Program-made: the position numbers and the translations under genes
The notes under the pieces: generated by a model
What the model was told of the DNA's origin: nothing
Databases searched by the model: none
Seen by the model: the letters and a program-made list of their open reading frames with translations, nothing else
Part shown: in pieces, positions 10,824 through 20,856 of the stretch
Position numbering within the stretch: position 1 is the stretch's first letter
Layout of the letters: every line of letters begins with the position of its first letter
DNA from: an uncultured Spirochaetota bacterium
Lineage (GTDB): Bacteria > Spirochaetota > Brevinematia > Brevinematales > JAOACQ01
Length of the DNA stretch: 64,000 nt
NCBI GenBank assembly: GCA_963835575.1
Contig: CAWIGG010000005.1
Span: forward strand, 174,206-238,205
Direction of reading: 5' to 3'

Positions 10824-11044
10824 AAAGAACCTCACTGTTTTTTTAAACCTAAGAAAATTCCGGGAAAAAAAACATATTAAACCTCTTTTTTTACCTATTA
10901 ATTATTTTCCCTCTCTCTCCATACCGGAACTGATTCGAAGTACACATTTGAAGATATGCAAGTGATGGAAATTCCTCAAAGCGGCGGGAAATCGTGTAAT
11001 GGCTGCCCAATCAATGTGTGATTTCCAGTTCTCAGGGAATTTAA

Positions 11045-12256
11045 TTATAATTGCCGGAGCGCTTCAGCAGGAGACATTTTTCTCGCGCGTCTTGCCGGTA
11101 TACATGCAGATATGGCTGAAACAATAATGGCCATTATAATGGCGATAAATAAAACCTGAATATCCGCAGAAGGATAAATGATCATATTTATCGGTATTTC
11201 TCTATTCTTCACCATACTGCTGAAATTAAGCCCTTTTACGGATGAATAAATGGTTAACAAATAACCCAGCAGGCTGCCGGATATACCGCCAAAACATCCG
11301 ATAAAAATTCCTTCCAGTGTGAAATTAAAGAAAATGTCGCGGTCGGTCATTCCCAGCGCTTTCAAAGTACCGATTTCCTTCATTCTTTCATAAACACTCA
11401 TAACCATAGTATTAACAATTACAAACGAAGCAAGCAGAAGGATTAACAGGAACAGGATATAAAAGGCATATAGAGTTTTCAACATGATATTGTAAAGTCC
11501 GCCGGTCTGTTGATCGGGGTCCTGTATAACCATTCCGGCAGGCAGCATTTTCCGGATTTCATTCTGCACCCTGGAAAGGTCAGCTTTCTTGCCGGTAAAG
11601 ATAGTGAGCTCTGTTATTCCATTTTGCATCTTGAGAAGTTTGCGCGCATTCTGAAGGTCTATAAAGAGAGTCCGTTTATCGATCATGCTGATACCAAAGC
11701 TGATAATTCCCTTTATTTTGAGCTTAATTCCGTTAAGTCCTCTTTCGGCGGTCGATGTAACCAATAAAATATCGTCGCCGATTTTAATCTTCATTTTTTC
11801 AGCCAGGCCCTCGCAGATATAAAGCCCTTCATCATCCAGTTTTCCCTGAGTTAATTTGTTTTCCAGATCAAAATATTTACTCCTGAGGTCCGCCCCCACT
11901 CCCAATGCCGGCTGCGTATTTTCTCCTTTTCCCAGAACGATGGCAAACCGGACCCGTTCTTCTACTAATAAGACACCCTTAATTTTACTGATTTTTACGG
12001 CTAAATCACCCGAATTGGGGATATAATCATCCACCGGCAGATAGCGTTCATATCTGACATAATCGGCAGTAGTCACCTTAAAATTCCCGGTCGTGTAATT
12101 AATAGTATTCCTCAAGACTCCGTTTACAGTACCGTTAAAAAAACCAATTCCAAATGTTACGGCAATCGTCGCAATGAAAACGGACAATGCCGTCAGCAGC
12201 GACCTTTTTTTATTCCGTAAGACATTCCTGACAGCGAATTTAATTAATGTAAACAC
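11045..12256 (-). CDS. FtsX/MacB-LolCE-type ABC permease, type-2 member of unit 3
   Basis: It is homologous over its full length to 13759-14961 and 16497-17708. The start is re-called at GTG 12256 (AAGGGGGA SD), 10 bp after the upstream stop. The track N-terminal extension overlaps the previous gene. A C-terminal FtsX 3-TM block is present, with the GTLKALGMTDRDI motif. Confidence 0.8.
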   Translation of the reverse strand: MFTLIKFAVRNVLRNKKRSLLTALSVFIATIAVTFGIGFFNGTVNGVLRNTINYTTGNFKVTTADYVRYERYLPVDDYIPNSGDLAVKISKIKGVLLVEERVRFAIVLGKGENTQPALGVGADLRSKYFDLENKLTQGKLDDEGLYICEGLAEKMKIKIGDDILLVTSTAERGLNGIKLKIKGIISFGISMIDKRTLFIDLQNARKLLKMQNGITELTIFTGKKADLSRVQNEIRKMLPAGMVIQDPDQQTGGLYNIMLKTLYAFYILFLLILLLASFVIVNTMVMSVYERMKEIGTLKALGMTDRDIFFNFTLEGIFIGCFGGISGSLLGYLLTIYSSVKGLNFSSMVKNREIPINMIIYPSADIQVLFIAIIMAIIVSAISACIPARRARKMSPAEALRQL

Positions 12257-12266
12257 ATCTTCCCCC

Positions 12267-13487
12267 TTATTGGACTTTTTTAAGGCAATCGGCGATTTCC
12301 AGCCTTGTCGCTTTTCTGGCGGGATAGTAGCTGGCAAGCGCGCTGAAAATAACTCCTACAATAAAGGGTCCCGCGATGGTCCCCGGGTCTAATTTAAATT
12401 TGACGATCCCCAGGACATTAAATCCGCTAATATTAGTGGTGCCGAAAATTGAAGTAATATCCAATCCTACTAAAGCCGGATAAAGGCATATAATAATACC
12501 GCACAGGATCCCGAATAAACTTCCAAAAAAGCCTATCATAAATCCCTCTAAAACAAAAAGGGTCTGGACTTCCCCATCGGTCATACCGAGGGCTTTCATA
12601 GTGCCGATTTCACGCTGCTTCTGATAAACCGATATGAGCATCGTGTTAATAATACCGATCAGTCCGATAATTGCTATGAAGAACAGAAAAATACTAAAAA
12701 TCTTTTCTCTGCTTTGCGTCTGGACAACCGTGTCCTCGCCCATCTTGATCCAATCATAGATATTATATCCCGGCAGCGACATTTTTAAATCGGGTTCAAA
12801 CCGGGCGTATTTGTGATAGTCTATTGTCTTAATCGCTATTTCCGAAACGCTATCGCTGTTCAAAAACATTAAAGCTTCATTCAGATTGATAAAAACTGCC
12901 GAATTATCCACCTGCGGATCCGGAGAGCTTATCAGACCGGTAATTTCAAGATCTATGGAGTCGATCGTATTCTGGCTGTTATGGAAAGTGATATAGACGG
13001 TATCTCCGACAGCAATGTTTAAGTTACTGGCCAGTATTTTCCCGATAACTGCGCCTCCGGGCCGAAGATTCCCTTCATAGATAAAATTAGTAAGCGAGAA
13101 AACCGAATTATCGGTTATCAGGTTGATTCCGGTAGCAATGATTGGAGCAGATACTCTTCCATTATCCAGGTCCGCTGTAAACTGGACCCTTTCGGTATAG
13201 GACTTGATGTAGGATTTGGTTCTGAGGACAGCCTCTACGGAACGGTAGTTGCTAATAAAATTACTGAGATCATAAGGGCTGTCTTCATCGAATGTCATAC
13301 TGCGGATCTTAAAATCCCCGGATTCAAACTGAATCTGGTTTTCAAAAGCCTGTGTGCTGAGGCCCTTTATAAATCCCATCATCAGGATATAAAGAGCAAT
13401 ACCGGCTGATAAAATAATGAATGTCAATAGAGTCCTGCGCTTATACCGCAGGATATTTTTAAGCGCCATTGAAAAAATGAATTTCAT
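12267..13487 (-). CDS. FtsX/MacB-LolCE-type ABC permease, type-1 member of unit 3
   Basis: The N-terminus is MKFIFSMALKNILRYKRRTLLTF. A large periplasmic domain lies between TM1 and TM2. The motif GTMKALGMTDGEV is present. It is a paralogue of 14972-16201 and 17719-18942. Confidence 0.85.
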   Translation of the reverse strand: MKFIFSMALKNILRYKRRTLLTFIILSAGIALYILMMGFIKGLSTQAFENQIQFESGDFKIRSMTFDEDSPYDLSNFISNYRSVEAVLRTKSYIKSYTERVQFTADLDNGRVSAPIIATGINLITDNSVFSLTNFIYEGNLRPGGAVIGKILASNLNIAVGDTVYITFHNSQNTIDSIDLEITGLISSPDPQVDNSAVFINLNEALMFLNSDSVSEIAIKTIDYHKYARFEPDLKMSLPGYNIYDWIKMGEDTVVQTQSREKIFSIFLFFIAIIGLIGIINTMLISVYQKQREIGTMKALGMTDGEVQTLFVLEGFMIGFFGSLFGILCGIIICLYPALVGLDITSIFGTTNISGFNVLGIVKFKLDPGTIAGPFIVGVIFSALASYYPARKATRLEIADCLKKVQ

Positions 13488-13758
13488 AGGAACTCCATGT
13501 ATTACAATTTATATATTGCTCGCGTTTGGTTCAAAAGCTGTCATTGCGAGTACCTGGTTTTTTCTTAGCAATTGACTATCGCACGAAGCAATCTGTCGAT
13601 AAAAAAAGCTAAGTTAACGTGCAGATAGATTGCTTCGCTTTAAAATATTCGGCAGAATATAAAGTCGGATGCTCGCAATGACGGTCTTTGTATTTAAATT
13701 CTTAAATTTTCAATAAACCTTGTTTAAACAATCTATTCAATCTGCCGTTAACACAACC
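13488..13758 (-). repeat. Conserved structured spacer 2 between permease units (nested inverted repeats plus a promoter-like motif)
   Basis: The outer stem pairs GTCATTGCGAG (13540-13550) with CTCGCAATGAC (13672-13682). The inner stem pairs CGAAGCAATCTGTC (13584-13597) with GATAGATTGCTTCG (13624-13637). On the minus strand there is TTGAAC-N17-TAAATT (13534-13506). The spacer is homologous end to end with 16202-16496. Confidence 0.8.
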
Positions 13759-14961
13759 TCACAGCTTCCTTAATGCCTCAGCCGGCATCAGCTTTCCGGC
13801 ATGCCGCGCGGGGTAGATCGTGGAAAGCGCCGGCACCAGAATGCTCAGAAAAATTGTTATCATAAGAACGTCCCAGCCCATCTGCGGACGGATGATATAC
13901 TCCATCGGCAGTGCAATTCCCTGCATCGCGAAGTCAAAATTAAAACCCACTTTGTTGAATATAAAATTAAATAAAAATCCGAGTAATCCTCCCAATATGC
14001 CGCCCATCGCGCCGATGATCCCTCCTTCCAGAATAAAATTAAGGAAAATCTCCCTGTCTGTCATTCCCATGGCCTTAAGAGTGCCGATCTCACGGGTCCT
14101 TTCAAAAATAGCCATCATCATCGTGTTGATCACGACAAACGATGCCAGAAATACGATGAGAGCGTAAATAAAATAGAAGATCCATTTGCCGGTATCCATA
14201 AAATCATAGAGATTCCCGAGCTGATCGCGGACATCCTGCACAGCCAGGCCTTCAGGGAGCATCTTTTTTATCAAATTTTTCACATTCCGGTCATTTCCCG
14301 CGTAAACAAGAAGTTCCGTAGTCCCTTTCTTTATTTTTAAAAGCTTCCTGGCATCATCAAGGCCGATAAAGAAAAACTGATCGTCGAACATTTCCATATT
14401 ATACTGAAAAATTCCCATGACCGGCAGTTTGATCCCGTTCAGCCCGCCCTCGGAAGTTTTTGTCGCCAGCAGAAGATTTTCGCCGAGTTTAACGCCCAGT
14501 TTCGCCGCCAGTTTCGTACCTATATAAATTCCGCTTTTCTCTATAGAACCCTCTTTTATTTTATCCTTCAGTTTCAACACGCTGTCTTTTAAATCTATCC
14601 CCATACCGAAAGCCGCAAAGGTTTTATCGCTATTTGCCAGCATAATACCGAACTTTATTCTTTCCTCAACCGATGATACTCCCGGTATTATTTTTATCTG
14701 CCCGGAAAGTCCCGACGAATTTTCGACTATTTCATCCACAGGTATGAATTTTTCCCTTTTGATAAAACCTTCGGTAATAATACGCATGTCGCCTGTTTGA
14801 TATCTTTTATAGTTGTCCAGCAGCATATCGATCATCCCGTTCATCCAGCCCATGGCCACGGCAACAATAAACGCGGCGGTAAAAACGGCGCTTGCCGTCA
14901 GGATGGTCCGTTTTCTGTTTTTTAACACATTGCGGAAAGCGAATTTTAAAATCATAAACAT
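13759..14961 (-). CDS. FtsX/MacB-LolCE-type ABC permease, type-2 member of unit 2
   Basis: The N-terminus is MFMILKFAFRNVLKNRKRTILTA, and GTLKAMGMTDREI is present. There is a 10-bp gap after the upstream gene's stop. Confidence 0.85.
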   Translation of the reverse strand: MFMILKFAFRNVLKNRKRTILTASAVFTAAFIVAVAMGWMNGMIDMLLDNYKRYQTGDMRIITEGFIKREKFIPVDEIVENSSGLSGQIKIIPGVSSVEERIKFGIMLANSDKTFAAFGMGIDLKDSVLKLKDKIKEGSIEKSGIYIGTKLAAKLGVKLGENLLLATKTSEGGLNGIKLPVMGIFQYNMEMFDDQFFFIGLDDARKLLKIKKGTTELLVYAGNDRNVKNLIKKMLPEGLAVQDVRDQLGNLYDFMDTGKWIFYFIYALIVFLASFVVINTMMMAIFERTREIGTLKAMGMTDREIFLNFILEGGIIGAMGGILGGLLGFLFNFIFNKVGFNFDFAMQGIALPMEYIIRPQMGWDVLMITIFLSILVPALSTIYPARHAGKLMPAEALRKL

Positions 14962-14971
14962 GACAGTACTC

Positions 14972-16201
14972 CTATTGAATTGTACGCAGGCATTCGGCCG
15001 CCTGCATCCGGGTTGTCTTTTTCGCCGGATAGTAACTGGCCAGGGTGCTGGCTATGACCGATAAAATGAAAGCGTAAATGAATGAAGGGATGTCCCATAC
15101 GGCCCGGATTGTGCCCGCCAGCCGCAAGGAAGCCATCATATTCTCGTTATTCTTCCCCACCATATCGGAAATACTATATCCGACGGCAACGAAATACCAG
15201 GTGACAAGCCCCCCCAGGATCAATCCCAGAATGCCTCCCAAAATGCCGATGATCAGCCCTTCCATGACAAACATGCCCTGCACTTCACTATCCGTCATGC
15301 CCATCGCCTTGAGCGTGCCGATCTCCCTTGTTTTTTCAAAGACCGACATCAGCATGGTGTTGACGATCCCGACAATGGCTATGATCGCTATGAATATGAC
15401 AAAGATATAGGTTGTAATCTCATCCTGCATCGCGGCCCCCTCGATAGCCTCTGTCAATTCCCTCCAGACGGCGATCTGGTTCTGAGGAAGGTCTTTTTTC
15501 AAGTCGGCGCGGTATTTTTTATCATTATTTAAGTCTTCGGTAATAACTGTTATGGCCGTAACCCAGCCGGTATTGAGATATTTCTTGGCGTCCGGGAGCA
15601 TGATATAACCCATGGAATTATTGACCATCGGATCGGTGGATTCGATGAGGCCTGTGACCTCAAATTCAACCGAATCTATCGTTCCCTGCCCGTTGCGGAA
15701 TGTGAAATAGACATAATCGTTTAGCGAGAGCCCAAGGTCATCGGCCAGGGCTTTTCCCAGCATAACGCCGCCTTCTTCCAGCTTTCCTTTGTAAATATAA
15801 TTGGTCAATGAAAAAACCTCAGGGTCGCTTTTCAGATCAATCCCGGTCAGAATGCATGGCATTGAATCCCGGCCGTTATCGGCGTCAACCTGGAATTGTA
15901 TCCTTTCGGTGTAAGCCTTTACGTATTTTTTTGTTTTTAAAACAGCCTCAACTTCCGCCGCGTTCTGCATAAAATTGGACACCGAATAGGGATCATCCTT
16001 GTCGAAATTGATGCTGCGGATCCTCAAATGCCCGGTGTCGAATTTGATATAATTATCGATGGACTGCTTTTTATATCCATGGACTATCCCGACCATCAGG
16101 ATATACAATGCGATGCCGACGGATAAAATGAAAAACGTCAATAGCGTCCTTCGCTTATACCTCAGGAGGTTTTTAAGCGCGAACGAAAAAATGAATTTCA
16201 T
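14972..16201 (-). CDS. FtsX/MacB-LolCE-type ABC permease, type-1 member of unit 2
   Basis: The N-terminus is MKFIFSFALKNLLRYKRRTLLTF, and GTLKAMGMTDSEV is present. AAGGAG SD precedes the ATG. Confidence 0.85.
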   Translation of the reverse strand: MKFIFSFALKNLLRYKRRTLLTFFILSVGIALYILMVGIVHGYKKQSIDNYIKFDTGHLRIRSINFDKDDPYSVSNFMQNAAEVEAVLKTKKYVKAYTERIQFQVDADNGRDSMPCILTGIDLKSDPEVFSLTNYIYKGKLEEGGVMLGKALADDLGLSLNDYVYFTFRNGQGTIDSVEFEVTGLIESTDPMVNNSMGYIMLPDAKKYLNTGWVTAITVITEDLNNDKKYRADLKKDLPQNQIAVWRELTEAIEGAAMQDEITTYIFVIFIAIIAIVGIVNTMLMSVFEKTREIGTLKAMGMTDSEVQGMFVMEGLIIGILGGILGLILGGLVTWYFVAVGYSISDMVGKNNENMMASLRLAGTIRAVWDIPSFIYAFILSVIASTLASYYPAKKTTRMQAAECLRTIQ

Positions 16202-16496
16202 AAGTACTCCTTGTCTTCTATATTATATAAAGTTAATGTTTGATTCAAAAAGCTGTCATTGCGAGCGCCCGGTTTTTTCTTAGCCATTGACTATCGCGCG
16301 AAGCAATCTGTCGGTAAAAAAAGATAACTTAACGTGCAGACAGATTGCTTCGCATTAAAATACTCGGCAGAGTATAAAGTCAGAAGCTCGCAATAGCCTG
16401 CCCTAAGCTTGCGAAGGGACGGACTTTGTGTTTAAATTCCTGGTTTTTCTGTAAGCCCTATTTAAACAATCTATTCAATTCACCGTTACCATATCC
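16202..16496 (-). repeat. Conserved structured spacer 1 between permease units
   Basis: The outer stem pairs GTCATTGCGAGC (16255-16266) with GCTCGCAAT (16386-16394). The inner stem is a perfect 14 bp, CGAAGCAATCTGTC (16299-16312) with GACAGATTGCTTCG (16339-16352). On the minus strand there is TTGAAT-N17-TAATAT (16248-16220). It carries an extra ~28-bp insertion relative to spacer 2. Confidence 0.8.
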
Positions 16497-17708
16497 CTAC
16501 AGCTTCCTCAATGCCTCCGCCGGCATAAGCTTCCCGGCGCTCCTGGCTGGGATCATGGCCGCCAGGCTTGATATAATAACAGCCGCCAAGATTGCAATAA
16601 TCAATACGTCAATTCCTATATACGGGCGGACCACAAAGTTAAAGGGAAGGTCCATATTCTTTGCCTGCTCGAAACTCAAACCGGTGACGCTTAAACTCAG
16701 CACGATCAGGTAGCCCAGAACCCCTCCGGGCAAAGCGCCTATCGTCCCAATGATGGCCCCTTCGAGGGTGAAGCTGTTAAATATATCCCTGTCGGTCATT
16801 CCCATCGCTTTCAGGGTGCCGATCTCGCGCATTCTCTCGAACACGGCCTGCATCATAGTGCTTATGATCACGAAGGAAGCGAGCAGAATAACCATCAGGT
16901 CGAAGAAATAATAAATATATCTTGCCGTTTGAAGCAGGTCGTACAAACCGCCAACCTGTTCCTCGATATTTCTGACTGTATCCGGTTCCGGCAGGATGGC
17001 AGATATCTTTCCCTGGACCTCCGGTATGGAATAGTCTCTCTTCGTAAAGACAAGGACCTCGGTGTCCAGGTCCTGCATTTTTAATAACTTCCTCGCGTTT
17101 GCCATGTCCAGGTAGAAGAATTTACTGTCGAACATCCCCACGCCGAAACTCAATAATCCCTTTACGCGTACCTTGATACCGTTCAGTCCCCCGTATGTCG
17201 TTTTCGTGGCCAGCAGGATTTGATCCCCCGCCTTCAGATTGAGTTTGCCCGCGAGGGTATAACCTAAATAAAGCCCTTCCTTTTCAAGCGAACCCGGTTT
17301 TATTATTTTGTTTGAGAGATCGAGCCTCGGGCTGTTCAAATCGGCACCGATACCGAACGCCGGGACCGTATTCTGGTCGTTTCCCAGGAGAATGCCGAAC
17401 CTTATTCTTTCCTCAACCGTGTCCACCCCGGGGATCTTTTTGATCTTATCCGCCAGTTGATCCGCGCCGGTCATCGTTTCATCGACCGGCAGGAATTTTT
17501 CATATTTGACATAGTCCTTTGTAGTGACTTTAAGATTCCCTGTCTGATAATCAACATAATTGCTGTCGAAATTATCCAGAAAACCGTTCAATATCCCGAT
17601 CATCAGCGCTATGACTATGGCCCCGGTAAAAATCGAAGCGGCGGTCAATAGAGATCTTCTGCTGTTCCTGAAAACATTTTTAAAAGCGAATTTGAAATTG
17701 GAACCCAT
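16497..17708 (-). CDS. FtsX/MacB-LolCE-type ABC permease, type-2 member of unit 1
   Basis: The start is re-called at MGSNFKFAFKNVFRNSRRSLL (ATG 17708), 10 bp after the upstream stop. The track extension (MPVITRPIRP...) overlaps the previous gene. GTLKAMGMTDRDI is present. Confidence 0.8.
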   Translation of the reverse strand: MGSNFKFAFKNVFRNSRRSLLTAASIFTGAIVIALMIGILNGFLDNFDSNYVDYQTGNLKVTTKDYVKYEKFLPVDETMTGADQLADKIKKIPGVDTVEERIRFGILLGNDQNTVPAFGIGADLNSPRLDLSNKIIKPGSLEKEGLYLGYTLAGKLNLKAGDQILLATKTTYGGLNGIKVRVKGLLSFGVGMFDSKFFYLDMANARKLLKMQDLDTEVLVFTKRDYSIPEVQGKISAILPEPDTVRNIEEQVGGLYDLLQTARYIYYFFDLMVILLASFVIISTMMQAVFERMREIGTLKAMGMTDRDIFNSFTLEGAIIGTIGALPGGVLGYLIVLSLSVTGLSFEQAKNMDLPFNFVVRPYIGIDVLIIAILAAVIISSLAAMIPARSAGKLMPAEALRKL

Positions 17709-17718
17709 ATCATCCTCC

Positions 17719-18942
17719 TTACTGGATAGTCCTGAGGCATTCCGCCGGCTGGAGCTTCGCGGTCTTATTGGCCGGGTAATAACTGGCAATAACGCTGACG
17801 ATCAGGCTGACTATGACGGCCCTGAAAATGGCGCCGGTATCCCAGCCTGCCTTGACAACGCCCATGACCTTGTATCCTAAGTCCAAATTGGACGAACCTA
17901 TTAAGGCAGTTATATCCATTCCGTAAACCGCAAAATAAAGATTGAGCAGAATGCCAGCGGCCAGCCCAATGAGGTTCCCCAGGACCCCGATCAAAAGGCC
18001 TTCGAAGACGAATACGGTCTTTATTTCGCCGTCGGTCATTCCCAGCGCCTTCATGGTCCCGATTTCTCTTTTCTTCTCGAATACCGACATCAGCATTGTG
18101 TTGATGATGCCGATAACCGCTATGATGGCTATGAAAAACAGGAGAAACCCGATGGCCTTCGCTTTTGCCTGGCCGATAGCCAGGAAATCCTGGCCGAGCC
18201 TCTCCCAGTCATATACTTTCATGCCCGGGAAGCTTTTGACAAGATCGGGCTCATATTTTTTGAATTCCCTGTAATCCTCCGTTTTCAATACCAGTTCCGT
18301 GACCCTGTCGGTGTTGAGAATACGCTGGGCGTCGGTTATATTTATATATATGCTGGAATTATTGACCTGAGGGTCAGGCGAATTTATGATGCCGGCGACA
18401 TTGAGCTCAACAGAGTCGTACGTGCCCTGCGCGTTCCGGAAGGTAACGAATACCTGGTCCCCTATCGTTACATTCATGTCTTTCGCCAGGTTCTGTCCCA
18501 GGACCGCCCCATCCTTTTCAAGCCCGCCTTTAATTATGAAGTTTGTAGTTGTGAATACGGAATCCTCCCGTTCGGGATTTATCGCAATAACGATGATGGG
18601 GGAAGTTGACTTGCCGTTATCAAGGTCGGCGGTAAAACTCAGGCGTTCAGTGTAGCTTTTTACATAAGGTTTCGTTTTCAATATATTTTCAGCCGCCATG
18701 TAGTTTTTTATAAAATTGCTGATTTCAAGGGGACTGTCTTCGTCAAAAACACCGCTCCTGATCTTGAAATCCCCCGTCTCGAACTGGATCTGGTTCTCAA
18801 ACGATTTATCATCGAACCCCTTTAAAAGGCCGGCCATGACGATGAAGATCATAATGCCGAACAACAGGACCAGGGCTGTCAGCGCCGTTCTTCTTTTATA
18901 TCGTATAACGTTTTTAAACGCGATCGAAAAAAGATACTTCAT
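17719..18942 (-). CDS. FtsX/MacB-LolCE-type ABC permease, type-1 member of unit 1
   Basis: The N-terminus is MKYLFSIAFKNVIRYKRRTALTA, and GTMKALGMTDGEI is present. The gene starts 13 bp after the ATPase stop. Confidence 0.85.
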   Translation of the reverse strand: MKYLFSIAFKNVIRYKRRTALTALVLLFGIMIFIVMAGLLKGFDDKSFENQIQFETGDFKIRSGVFDEDSPLEISNFIKNYMAAENILKTKPYVKSYTERLSFTADLDNGKSTSPIIVIAINPEREDSVFTTTNFIIKGGLEKDGAVLGQNLAKDMNVTIGDQVFVTFRNAQGTYDSVELNVAGIINSPDPQVNNSSIYINITDAQRILNTDRVTELVLKTEDYREFKKYEPDLVKSFPGMKVYDWERLGQDFLAIGQAKAKAIGFLLFFIAIIAVIGIINTMLMSVFEKKREIGTMKALGMTDGEIKTVFVFEGLLIGVLGNLIGLAAGILLNLYFAVYGMDITALIGSSNLDLGYKVMGVVKAGWDTGAIFRAVIVSLIVSVIASYYPANKTAKLQPAECLRTIQ

Positions 18943-18955
18943 GGAAGACCTCCTT

Positions 18956-19648
18956 CTATTCGCCTTTACCCTTCACATCGCTTTCAATATGCCCGTCGCG
19001 GATATTGATCAGGCGCCTGGCATGCTTCATGATCATCTGATCATGCGTGGAAAAGACAAAGGTGACGGCTTCCTTGCCGTTCATCTCCTGCATCAGATGA
19101 ACAATGGCTTCCCCGTTGACCGTGTCCAGGTTCGCCGTCGGCTCGTCCGCCAGGATCATCTTGGGTTTTTTCACGAGCGCCCGCGCGATCGAGACCCGCT
19201 GCTGCTGTCCGCCGGAAAGCTCAAGAGGCTTCCGGTTATCGAGGCCTGTCAGGCCGACTTCGTCCAGGACTTCCATCACTCTTTTTTTTATTTCGGCATC
19301 GCTGTATTTTTTCAAAAGCTTCAGCGGCAGTTCGATATTCTCATAGGCCGTCAGGACCGGAATAAGGTTATAAGTCTGAAAAATGAACCCGAAATATTCC
19401 CTCCGGAGATGCGCCAGCTCATCGGAAGTTTTGCCCATCAGGCTCACATTATCCAGGAGCACCTCACCTCCGTCGGCCCTATCGATGCAGCCGATGATAT
19501 TCAGCAGCGTAGTCTTGCCGGAGCCGGACGGCCCGCAGATAGCGGTGAACTCGCCCTTGCCGATCTCCACATTTATATCGTGTAAAGCTTGAAAATCGAC
19601 CTTGCCGGTATGGTAGACCTTGTTCAGTTTTTTAACCTCTAAAAGCAT
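18956..19648 (-). CDS. ABC transporter ATP-binding protein, LolD/MacB-NBD type
   Basis: Motifs are Walker [11 protein letters not shown]-loop, [15 protein letters not shown], Walker [12 protein letters not shown] and H-loop STHD. The start is set at [12 protein letters not shown] because GAGGAGG lies 5 nt upstream; the track start at 19663 sits inside that SD. Confidence 0.9.
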   Translation of the reverse strand: MLLEVKKLNKVYHTGKVDFQALHDINVEIGKGEFTAICGPSGSGKTTLLNIIGCIDRADGGEVLLDNVSLMGKTSDELAHLRREYFGFIFQTYNLIPVLTAYENIELPLKLLKKYSDAEIKKRVMEVLDEVGLTGLDNRKPLELSGGQQQRVSIARALVKKPKMILADEPTANLDTVNGEAIVHLMQEMNGKEAVTFVFSTHDQMIMKHARRLINIRDGHIESDVKGKGE

Positions 19649-19722
19649 AAATGACCTCCTCATTTAACTTTATTGTTTCATGCAAAGACTTGGCAGTCTT
19701 TGCGTATTCACATGCATTTTAT

Positions 19723-20830
19723 TTACAATTTCGCTTCCAGCCTTAAATCGACTGCGTATTCCCCAAGAGTGTCGCGCGAAAACTCCTGGCTCTCCTTTCC
19801 CGTAATAAACATAAAAAGAAAAGTCAAATCCAAACCGTCAGACAGCGTATATGTAACAGACGGCATAATAAGACTGCTCAGATCAATCAGATTCCAGAAG
19901 ATGTTCAGCTGGAAATTGAGAAATTCATCATATGTATACATGATATTTCCGTACAGATAATGTTTGGCTGAAAAATAAACATCCTCCTGATTCATGGACT
20001 TGTAATCATTGGTTTTTTCCGCGCCTCTTTCATCATAATAATAAGTCAGCGCCGTTATCAATTTTCCGTCCAGAAAGTTATAGTCTATTCCGATGCTCGC
20101 TTCATTAAAACGATTTGTGAAATAATCATCAAAGTGATAGGCATAGGACACATTGACGCCGACTTCCATATCCCCTTTGAGATAGAAGCCGATAACATTC
20201 GTGTTTAATCCTTTGCGGTTATAAACAATGCCTTCGTCAAAGTGCATCCAGTTTCCGAAAAGGCTTCCGCCGACGGCGCTATTAGTCAAACCTCCCTGAG
20301 GAGCGGTATAAATTTTTAATCCCGACAGGTCATTGATACTAGCCTCATAGAGTACGGCAAGCATTCCTTCCTTGTCATATGACAGATCGTTAAAATTGAT
20401 CGACTTTGACATCTCAAAAGGATTAAAAATCCCGAAATTCCCGAAGTTCACGTATGTCTTGCCGACTGTCCAGATCCCGATATGCGAAATCATATCGTAT
20501 AAATGCCCTGAGAAGATCCAGCCCGTAGTTCAGCGGTATATTTGAGGGAATTCCCGCATTTGTCCCGGGAGACCCCGCGCCAGCATTGGCAAGACCGGCC
20601 GCTATATCACCATAATAAGCGTATATCCTCAAATCCGCGTAAAACCGCCAATCATCCGTTTTCCGGGAAAAGACAAGCTTATTCTCCAGGATATCGGAAA
20701 AGGAATACGCATTGGTTGTTTTTAATACAATCGCGTCATTCCTGATCCCGCCTGAAAGATCAATTGTCCCATATAAACCCGGCGCGGCAGCGGCAAACAC
20801 CAGGATCATGATTAATATTTTCAGCTTCAT
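19723..20830 (-). pseudogene. Signal-peptide beta-barrel-like outer-membrane protein, split by an apparent 1-nt frameshift near 20490-20500
   Basis: ORF 20830-20423 carries the signal MKLKILIMILVFAAAAPGLYG and ends ...LDLLRAFIRYD in sensible sequence. ORF 20493-19723 continues ...ISHIGIWTVGKTYVNFGNFGIFNPFE in the +1 frame and has no signal of its own. It shows alternating aromatic/hydrophilic strands and ends in a terminal ...RLEAKL. Confidence 0.55.
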
Positions 20831-20856
20831 ATTAAACTCCTGTTTTTAAATATCCC

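Noticed and set aside
12257-12337. N-terminal extensions of the type-2 permeases in the ORF track (11045-12337; likewise 16497-17789)
   Set aside because: The extensions overlap the preceding gene by ~70 bp and are not conserved between paralogues. Downstream starts with an SD give the same 10-bp spacing seen in the middle unit.
18716-19585. A 289-aa plus-strand ORF spanning the ABC ATPase region
   Set aside because: It lies antisense to a gene with complete Walker A, signature and Walker B motifs. Its own sequence is low-complexity with no motif and no SD. It is a shadow ORF.
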